Assembly: GCA_020343695.1 (NCBI GenBank)
Contig: CP070807.1
Span: forward strand, 1,320,252-1,364,655
Length of the DNA stretch: 44,404 bases
Source of the DNA: Candidatus Omnitrophota bacterium
Lineage (GTDB): Bacteria; Omnitrophota; Gorgyraeia; Duberdicusellales; 4484-171
Direction of reading: 5' to 3'
The notes below the pieces were generated by a model. It saw only the letters and a program-made list of their open reading frames with translations, did not search any database and had not been told where the DNA came from. A program made the translations under genes and the position numbers. Positions 25,593-31,645 of this stretch are shown here, piece after piece; position 1 is the stretch's first letter, and every line of letters starts with the position of its first letter.

Positions 25593-27416
25593 ATGATACC
25601 ATCGCCTGAAATAAAAGAGTTAAGCTTTAAAGATTACTTTAATATCGTCTGGAAACGTATCTGGATAGTTATTACCATTCTCATTATCGTTCCAGGTTTT
25701 GTTGCCTTCTCTGACTTTACCACTCCTAAAATATATGAGGTGAGCGCGAAAGTCCTTATTAGGAGAGAGATTCCACGAGTAACAGGCAGAGAAGAGATTG
25801 TGTATCGGGGAGGTGTTCCTTCTCGCGAAGACCAGCTGCACCTTCTGGGATCAAGAACTTTAGCGGAAAGGGTTATAAAGAAATTAAAGTTAGCAACCGA
25901 TGAGGAATTTATTGGGGTAGCTGATCCAGAAGGAAAAGTTCTCTCCATGGTTTCCGTACAAACCGTACGAAAAAGTAGAGCTGTTACCGTATTCGTGAGA
26001 GGCGAAGACCCCTTAAAAATTACGAATATTGCGAATATTTGGACAAGAGAATTCATTAATGCCGATGTCGAAGAACGTCTTAAGGTTGTAAAATACGGAA
26101 TTGCATGGTTATCAGAACAGCTCGATGAAACATTAGAGAAGTTGGAAATATCAGAAAAGAAGCTCAATGCGTTTATAAAGAGAGAGAGAATAGTTGCAAT
26201 GCCTGATGTTGGAGAGCAGAAGGAAACTCTCATTGAGAGCATGAAAGCTGAGAAAGCGAAGCTTGAGAAGGAGCTGATAGAAGCCTCGAAGAAGTATGGA
26301 GGAAAGCACCCCACTATCATTTCACTTGAGTCTCGCCTTGAGGCAGTGACAAGAAAATTAAAAGAAGAGAAAGATGACCTTTTTGCCCTTCAAGAGAAAG
26401 CCTTAGAGTATAACATCCTCAAACGAGAAGTCGATAATTATAAGTCCATCTACGACAGCTTATTTAAGCGTATGAAAGAATTAGAGATTTCGCAAGAGAT
26501 GGTCGTTACCAATATTCAGATTGTTGATGAGGCGGTTCTTCCCACAGTACCCATAAAGCCCAAGCCTGCCAAAGATATTCTTACAGCAATAGCGATAAGC
26601 CTCATGATAGGCATAGGGTTTTGTATTTTTCTGGAGTATTTAGACTCTACGTTAAAAACTTCAGAAGATGTGGAGTTTTATACAAAAATGCCTTTCTTGG
26701 GGTACATTCCTTCAGGAAGACATGAAATCAAACGAGAGAAAGACATGCGTCTTATCTCTTATTTAAAACCGCACTCCCGCGTCGCAGAAGCGTTTAGGAA
26801 TTTAAGAGTATCGTTAATCTTTTCGTTTCCTCAGGATAAGAGTTTAAAAACCGTGATGGTCACAAGCTCTATTGCAAAAGAAGGCAAGAGTTTTATTTCC
26901 TCCAATCTAGCGGTAATTTTTGCTCAAACAGACGAGAAGACCCTCCTCATTGACGCAGATATGCGAAAAGGCAGCTTGCACGAAGGTTTCGGTTTAACAA
27001 GAAAGAATGGATTGAGTAGTGTGCTCGCAGGTGTGTCTTCATTTGAAGATGCAGTGGTCGCAACATCTGTTCCCAATCTTTACTTTCTCTCTACCGGTCC
27101 TCACCCGCCTAACCCCGCGGAACTTTTAAGTTCGGAGAGGCTCAACGCTGTATTTGAAGAGGCAAAGAAGCAATTTAAGAGAATTGTTGTTGATGCGCCG
27201 CCCATTTTAGGCGTTGCCGACCCAATAATTTTAGGGGGTAGATGCGATGGTGTAGCCATGCTCATTCGCGCTGGATACACCTCCTTGAAGCTCGTCTCGG
27301 AAGCTAAGAAAGGCATAGAGAATAAAGTAAAAATTATTGGCGCGATTTTAAATAATGTAGAAATCGAGCGAGACCGTTATTACTACTATCACTATTACTA
27401 CTCATCAGAGAAATAA
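25593..27416 (+). CDS. Polysaccharide co-polymerase / tyrosine autokinase (Wzc/GumC-like, PCP-2a)
   Basis: N-terminal TM plus Wzz-like region, a long coiled-coil and a second TM (ILTAIAISLMIGIGFCIFL). Kinase domain motifs: Walker A SSIAKEGKSF, Walker A' LLIDADMRKG, Walker B RIVVDAPP. C-terminal tyrosine cluster YYYYHYYY (nt 27378-27401). Confidence 0.9.
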   Translation: MIPSPEIKELSFKDYFNIVWKRIWIVITILIIVPGFVAFSDFTTPKIYEVSAKVLIRREIPRVTGREEIVYRGGVPSREDQLHLLGSRTLAERVIKKLKLATDEEFIGVADPEGKVLSMVSVQTVRKSRAVTVFVRGEDPLKITNIANIWTREFINADVEERLKVVKYGIAWLSEQLDETLEKLEISEKKLNAFIKRERIVAMPDVGEQKETLIESMKAEKAKLEKELIEASKKYGGKHPTIISLESRLEAVTRKLKEEKDDLFALQEKALEYNILKREVDNYKSIYDSLFKRMKELEISQEMVVTNIQIVDEAVLPTVPIKPKPAKDILTAIAISLMIGIGFCIFLEYLDSTLKTSEDVEFYTKMPFLGYIPSGRHEIKREKDMRLISYLKPHSRVAEAFRNLRVSLIFSFPQDKSLKTVMVTSSIAKEGKSFISSNLAVIFAQTDEKTLLIDADMRKGSLHEGFGLTRKNGLSSVLAGVSSFEDAVVATSVPNLYFLSTGPHPPNPAELLSSERLNAVFEEAKKQFKRIVVDAPPILGVADPIILGGRCDGVAMLIRAGYTSLKLVSEAKKGIENKVKIIGAILNNVEIERDRYYYYHYYYSSEK

Positions 27417-27421
27417 ATTAG

Positions 27422-28762
27422 ATGAGGCTCAAGAGTTCTTTTATCTTCGAATCCTTTTTGCTTCTCCTCATCGTTGCGTGTCCTCTTTGGGGCGGGTTAG
27501 TGCTGCATACACCCTTAAGCGTTGTTCAAATCATATCGTTTCTGCTCTTTTTGTTCCTCCTTTCGAAAGTAACCCTAAGCACACCGGCTAAAGCTCTCTA
27601 TCCTTCTGGCTTACCCTTCATTCTCCTCTTTCTTGGTGTTGTGCTGCTTCAACTCATTCCTTTATCTCAAGGTATCTTGCAGATAGTCTCTCCACGTATC
27701 TTTTCTCTTCACCAGGAATGTTTTCCCCAGGCTCTCAAACTCGGTTCCTCTCATCTGAGCATCTACACACATGCCACCCAGAAGGAACTTGTCATGTTTC
27801 TTTCCTCGTTTTTTGTATTTCTCATTGTGATAAACAGGATTGAGAAAAGACAGGAATTTGAGCGGCTCTTTTTAACGCTCATAATTTGGGGGGTTCTATT
27901 GTCGCTCTATGGGGTAGTGAAGAAATATTTTATCCTCGAGAAAGAAGTGGTAACTCCTTTTAGCACCTTTGGAAATAAAAATCATTTTGCTGGATACATG
28001 ACGATGATTACTCCTCTGGCATTAGGGTATGCTCTTGCATGCAAGGATAGAACCAAGAAGGTTCTCTTTGGATTCATAGCAGCCTTTATGTGCGCGAGCA
28101 TTTTTCTTTCGCTTTCCCGAGGAGGATCCATTGGTTTAATTTTTTCCTTGGGAGTGATGGTCTTTCTTCTGGCAAGAGAACGGGTAATTAAAGGGAAGTT
28201 TTGGATAGTAGGAGTAAGCCTCTTGGTCGCTGTTGTACTTATTTTGATTGCCGGACCAGAGCCAATAAAGAAAAGATTTCTTTTATTCTGGCATGGTCTG
28301 GCGGGTAGATTGGCGTTAGCAGCAGACGCGCGTAAAATTGTAAGAGACTTTCCTCTCTTCGGGGTAGGATGGGGGGCTTTTCGCTATATCTTCCCTTCTT
28401 ACCAAACCATTACTACATATCCATTTTTTTACTATTATCTTCACAACGACCATCTCCAGCTCATTGTAGAAACCGGCTTCATCGGTGGCTTTTTCTACTT
28501 TGCGTTTCTCTTTGTGCTCCTTAAAGAGATTTTTACCAAGCTTTTTGAAAGAAAAGACTCTTTTGTAAGGAGTATGGTGTTAGGAGGTATGTGTGGGCTT
28601 TTAGGAATCATGGTACAAGGATTTTTCGATTTTAGTTTTCATATTCCAGGGATTTCTCTCTCGTTTTGGCTCATCTTAGGGCTCATCTATAAATGTGTAC
28701 ATATTCATTTCTATTCTAACACAGAGCACGAAGGGTATGAGGCTAGAGACCGCCTCCTCTAA
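27422..28762 (+). CDS. O-antigen ligase / Wzy_C-family polytopic membrane protein
   Basis: About 10-12 TM segments. SLSRGGSIGLIFSLG and YYLHNDHLQLIVETGFIGGFFY match the Wzy_C (O-antigen ligase) loop and H-containing motif. Confidence 0.8.
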   Translation: MRLKSSFIFESFLLLLIVACPLWGGLVLHTPLSVVQIISFLLFLFLLSKVTLSTPAKALYPSGLPFILLFLGVVLLQLIPLSQGILQIVSPRIFSLHQECFPQALKLGSSHLSIYTHATQKELVMFLSSFFVFLIVINRIEKRQEFERLFLTLIIWGVLLSLYGVVKKYFILEKEVVTPFSTFGNKNHFAGYMTMITPLALGYALACKDRTKKVLFGFIAAFMCASIFLSLSRGGSIGLIFSLGVMVFLLARERVIKGKFWIVGVSLLVAVVLILIAGPEPIKKRFLLFWHGLAGRLALAADARKIVRDFPLFGVGWGAFRYIFPSYQTITTYPFFYYYLHNDHLQLIVETGFIGGFFYFAFLFVLLKEIFTKLFERKDSFVRSMVLGGMCGLLGIMVQGFFDFSFHIPGISLSFWLILGLIYKCVHIHFYSNTEHEGYEARDRLL

Positions 28763-28792
28763 TCTCTCTTATGTGAGCAGCGGCATTTAAAA

Positions 28793-29743
28793 ATGAAGCA
28801 GAAAGCTCTTACACGAAATCAGGCATATTGTACGTTGTTCGTAGGAGCGTTGTCCGCGATTCTGGCTCTTTTCTTTGTTGTTGCGAATTTGAGAGCAACT
28901 CTTCTCTACGAGAAAGCTACAGCAGAGAGAGAGCCGTTCTTGCAGTCAGAAAAGGTAGAATACTATAATCGAGTCTTCTCGTTGCTCTCAAAGGCGATAA
29001 ACTCTACCAGCGGCAATGCGAGTTACTCTATTAGTAAGGCAGATTATCTGCTCAGAGCATTAAGTAGTACCGCAAGAAGTGATTTGTTGGTTAGAGAAAA
29101 GGATGTAGAACAGCTCTATATCAAAGCAGTACAGCTGAACCCTTTCTATTATGAAGGCCATCTTAAACTAGGCTTATTTTATCGTACCAGAGATGCCCAG
29201 AAGGAAAAAGGTTGCTTGTTGAATGCAATTCAACTATACCCTACAAATTACTACCCCTATCTGTATCTCGGCAAGCACTATCTGGCAGAAGGTGAAGAGA
29301 AGGAAGCCTTCTATAATTTAATGCTCGCCCTGCACCACGCACGATTATGGTATTGGTATGATGTGGTGAAAGAGATAGAGGGTGCCTTGAAGGATTCACC
29401 ACACCTCTCACTCGAAAAACAAGGGAAGGTGCTCCGATTTGTTGTAGAGCCTCGCACAGATGAATTCGATTTTAAATACCAAGGTTTCCCCCACGTCAAA
29501 GTCCCCTTAAAGATAATTATCCATACCGAGAGATCACTGGCAGACCCCATTCTCTATGCCGATGATGTTTTTTATAGTTATTTTCGATTGAGAGAAGGTA
29601 CGCGGGAGCAGAATATTTACGAGCTTTATTTAGAGTCTTTCCCTCCCGGTGTCTACCTCGATAATTTCGCTATAAAACCGGATCTGGATTCTTCTCTCGA
29701 TATAATTGAGTTTATTAAAGAATTGCAACCCGCCACAGATTAG
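28793..29743 (+). CDS. Membrane-anchored TPR-like hypothetical protein
   Basis: N-terminal TM (YCTLFVGALSAILALFFVVANL). TPR-like helices: YIKAVQLNPFYYEGHLKLGLFY, NAIQLYPTNYYPYLYLGKHYLAEGEEKEAFYNL. No catalytic motif. Confidence 0.5.
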   Translation: MKQKALTRNQAYCTLFVGALSAILALFFVVANLRATLLYEKATAEREPFLQSEKVEYYNRVFSLLSKAINSTSGNASYSISKADYLLRALSSTARSDLLVREKDVEQLYIKAVQLNPFYYEGHLKLGLFYRTRDAQKEKGCLLNAIQLYPTNYYPYLYLGKHYLAEGEEKEAFYNLMLALHHARLWYWYDVVKEIEGALKDSPHLSLEKQGKVLRFVVEPRTDEFDFKYQGFPHVKVPLKIIIHTERSLADPILYADDVFYSYFRLREGTREQNIYELYLESFPPGVYLDNFAIKPDLDSSLDIIEFIKELQPATD

Positions 29744-29810
29744 CCCTTCAGCAGAGCCATTCCTCCCACAGGTATCCTTCCCGAACCCCTCGTTTTTTAA
29801 GAGAAATCAT

Positions 29811-29838
29811 TTGCGTTAATTGTAAGAATTGTTAGAAT
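29811..29838 (+). promoter_or_regulatory. Sigma70-like promoter with extended -10
   Basis: TTGCGT (29811-29816), a 16-nt spacer, then TGtTAGAAT (TG at 29830-29831, -10 hexamer 29833-29838). It lies in the only long intergenic gap of the window. Predicted from sequence only. Confidence 0.4.
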
Positions 29839-29849
29839 ATTTCAAATGA

Positions 29850-29981
29850 GGACACCACTTACGGAGCTCGTAAGTGGTATGTCCGAATTTGACCCTTGAC
29901 ACAATGGATTGTGTCAAGGGTTCAATCCGCAGACGGCTTACGCCTACGATTTACGTTCACTACGCTCCATAAATCGTCTGC
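29850..29981 (+). promoter_or_regulatory. Structured 5' leader or unclassified cis-RNA with three consecutive stem-loops
   Basis: Hairpin 1 (29850-29884): 5 + 9 bp with a 2-nt bulge and GAGCT loop. Hairpin 2 (29892-29921): perfect 13-bp stem ACCCTTGACACAA/TTGTGTCAAGGGT with a TGGA loop. Hairpin 3: closing stem GCAGACG (29929-29935) / CGTCTGC (29975-29981). The SD AAGGAGGTG (29988-29996) and the ATG at 29999 follow immediately. Confidence 0.45.
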
Positions 29982-29998
29982 TCATTGAAGGAGGTGTA

Positions 29999-30319
29999 AT
30001 GATTACTTTTGAGGATTTTTCCAAGCTGGATTTAAAGATCGGGAAGATTGTAGAGGTAGAGCCTCATCCACAGGCGGATAAACTGTATCTTTTAAAAGTG
30101 GATATAGGAAGATGTGTTCGTCAGCTTGTCGCGGGAATAAAACCGTTTTATAGCCCCCAGGAGCTTAAGGGAAAATCAATAGTTGTTCTTGTTAACTTAG
30201 AACCTAAGAACATCCGAGGCTATACTTCGGAAGGCATGCTCCTTGCGGCTCAGTCAAAAAATTCAGTGTGTATTATAAGTCCAGATAGAGAAGTTGAACT
30301 AGGCAGTGTTATACGATAG
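29999..30319 (+). CDS. tRNA-binding domain protein (CsaA/Trbp111/EMAP-II-like OB fold)
   Basis: FSKLDLKIGKIVEVEPHPQADKLYLLKVDIG...QLVAGIKPFYSPQELKGKSIVVLVNLEPKNIRGYTSEGMLLAA is the canonical tRNA_bind domain. The start is set at the ATG at 29999 (SD AAGGAGGTG), giving the usual length of about 106 aa. Confidence 0.85.
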   Translation: MITFEDFSKLDLKIGKIVEVEPHPQADKLYLLKVDIGRCVRQLVAGIKPFYSPQELKGKSIVVLVNLEPKNIRGYTSEGMLLAAQSKNSVCIISPDREVELGSVIR

Positions 30320-30328
30320 GACAACAAC

Positions 30329-30739
30329 ATGAAGACGAAATATATATGTTTTAGCACAAAAGGGAATTGTGATATGGTAGATATCACTTCTGAGGTAACC
30401 AGGATTGCTCAAGAGGAGGATATCGAAAATGGTATTTTATTTTTATCTGCGATAGGCTCAACCGCAGCTCTTACGACCATGGAGTATGAGCCAGGGCTCA
30501 TAAAAGATTTAAAACAATCTTTCCAGGCACTTTTTCCTACCAGAGGAGACTATGCTCATAATTTCACTTGGGCAGATGATAATGCGCATTCTCACCTCAG
30601 GAGTTCTTTTGTCAAGACACACCTGTTTGTTTCAGTCACAAACTCAAAACTTGACTTAGGGACGTGGCAGCAGATTGTATTTATTGATTTTGACATTCGC
30701 AGGAGAGAGAGAAAGGTCGTAGTAAAGATACTCACCTAA
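30329..30739 (+). CDS. YjbQ/UPF0047-family protein (secondary thiamine-phosphate synthase-like)
   Basis: 136 aa. MVDITSEV.., TTMEYEPGLIKDL, NAHSHLRSSF and LDLGTWQQIVFIDFD are typical UPF0047 motifs. Confidence 0.85.
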   Translation: MKTKYICFSTKGNCDMVDITSEVTRIAQEEDIENGILFLSAIGSTAALTTMEYEPGLIKDLKQSFQALFPTRGDYAHNFTWADDNAHSHLRSSFVKTHLFVSVTNSKLDLGTWQQIVFIDFDIRRRERKVVVKILT

Positions 30740-30745
30740 CAAAGA

Positions 30746-30818
30746 CAGAAAACAGAAACCAGATATCGGAAGTCAGAACTAAAAAATTTATTACCGGTTA
30801 TCTGTCATCTGTTTTCTG
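30746..30818. repeat. Long imperfect inverted repeat (stem-loop) in the yjbQ-like / exonuclease intergenic region
   Basis: CAGAAAACAGA (30746-30756) pairs with TCTGTTTTCTG (30808-30818). An inner CAGATA/TATCTG and a CGG/CCG segment extend the stem to about 20 bp around an A/T-rich loop. Confidence 0.5.
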
Positions 30819-30828
30819 AAGGACAAGG

Positions 30829-31644
30829 ATGAACTTAAAGAAAAGTATCGAAGAAATTGATTTAGTATTTTTTGATTTAGAAACAACCGGTCTCAAAGCA
30901 GAGGATGGTGATTCGATATGTGAAATAGGCGCCTTAAAAGTAAGAACGGTAAATATCATTGACAAATTTTATAGTTTAGTTAATCCCAAAAAGAGCGTTC
31001 CCTATGAGGCGTATCGTATTCATAAAATTTCTGACGAAGAACTGCACAATGCACCTTACTTTGAGGAGGTTATCGAAAAATTTTTGCAGTTTTTACACAA
31101 TAGTGTGGTGTGTGCCTACAATGCGGAATTTGATATGGATTTTCTTAATCAGGAGTTAAGCAGGATTCATTATCCGCCCCTGGAGCTTCCTGTGCTTGAT
31201 ATTCTTTCTATGGCAAGAAAAACCATTAGGTTGCCACGATATAATTTAGCAGCAATCATTTCTTTTTTCCATATCGAAACAAAAGCTAGCCACCGCGCTT
31301 TAGAGGACGCATATGGTACTCTTCAGGCATTTTTTAAATTGAAAGAGACCGTGAAGGGTAGAGGCCTTGATAGTCTCCAAGATTTTATATCTCTCTATGG
31401 GTTAAATAATAAGGTTTTTCGATTGCAAGAAAAGCCAAAGATTCTCCTCCTTAAAGAGGCAATTACGAAAGGAGTATTCATCGATATACGGTACTTTTCC
31501 TATGAGAGCATAGTGGAGCACCAGAAAGTAAAGCCCATCCATCTTTCTAGAGAAAATAACAATTTTTACCTTTGGTGCCGAAGCGCCAAAGATGCTCATT
31601 GCCGCATACAGTTAAATCGTATCCTTGCAATAGATATTGTTTAA
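30829..31644 (+). CDS. DEDDh 3'-5' exonuclease (DnaQ/epsilon-like) fused to a C-terminal WYL-like domain
   Basis: Exo I VFFDLETTGL, Exo II CAYNAEFDMDFL, Exo III SHRALEDAYGT (H-x4-D). Residues about 204-271 (nt 31438-31641), AITKGVFIDIRYFSYESIVEHQKVKPIHLSRENNNFYLWCRSAKDAHCRIQLNRILAI, follow the WYL-domain pattern (..Y....g...r.v.P..l....g.wYl.a.c......r.f.l.RI). Confidence 0.75.
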   Translation: MNLKKSIEEIDLVFFDLETTGLKAEDGDSICEIGALKVRTVNIIDKFYSLVNPKKSVPYEAYRIHKISDEELHNAPYFEEVIEKFLQFLHNSVVCAYNAEFDMDFLNQELSRIHYPPLELPVLDILSMARKTIRLPRYNLAAIISFFHIETKASHRALEDAYGTLQAFFKLKETVKGRGLDSLQDFISLYGLNNKVFRLQEKPKILLLKEAITKGVFIDIRYFSYESIVEHQKVKPIHLSRENNNFYLWCRSAKDAHCRIQLNRILAIDIV

Positions 31645-31645
31645 T

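Noticed and set aside
25634-26320. 228-aa minus-strand ORF antisense to the Wzc-like gene
   Set aside because: It lies entirely inside a well-supported + strand gene, opposite its Lys/Glu-rich coiled-coil region. The product is low-complexity (Ser/Phe-rich) with no motifs. This is a typical antisense artefact.
19675-29743. PEP-CTERM/exosortase-type EPS system (TPR protein, OPX, chain-length determinant/kinase, ligase-like protein, beta-barrel resemble that gene set)
   Set aside because: There is no exosortase (EpsH) gene, and no PEP-CTERM-tailed protein is visible in the window. The resemblance is only at the level of generic Wzy-pathway components.
29780-29800. T6 run (CCCCTCGTTTTTT) after the last EPS gene as an intrinsic terminator
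   Set aside because: I could not find a convincing GC-rich hairpin immediately upstream; stems are 3 bp at most. It is therefore not called as a terminator.
29846-29899. 17-codon ORF (MRTPLTELVSGMSEFDP) at the start of the structured leader
   Set aside because: It has no SD. It would be essentially leaderless relative to the predicted promoter, and it lies inside hairpins 1 and 2. With no evidence for coding, it is mentioned only for completeness.
29892-29935. Possible tRNA or tRNA fragment (GGTTCAATCC T-loop-like sequence after a long stem)
   Set aside because: The bases flanking the TTCAATC loop cannot form a 5-bp T-stem (CAAGG vs CGCAG). No acceptor, D or anticodon arms can be drawn. I keep it only as part of the structured-leader finding.
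29909-29998. N-terminal 30-codon extension of the tRNA-binding protein ORF (track start 29909)
   Set aside because: The extension runs through the perfect hairpins of the leader and starts at a non-ATG codon with no SD. The ATG at 29999 has an AAGGAGGTG SD and yields the standard CsaA/Trbp111 domain of about 106 aa.
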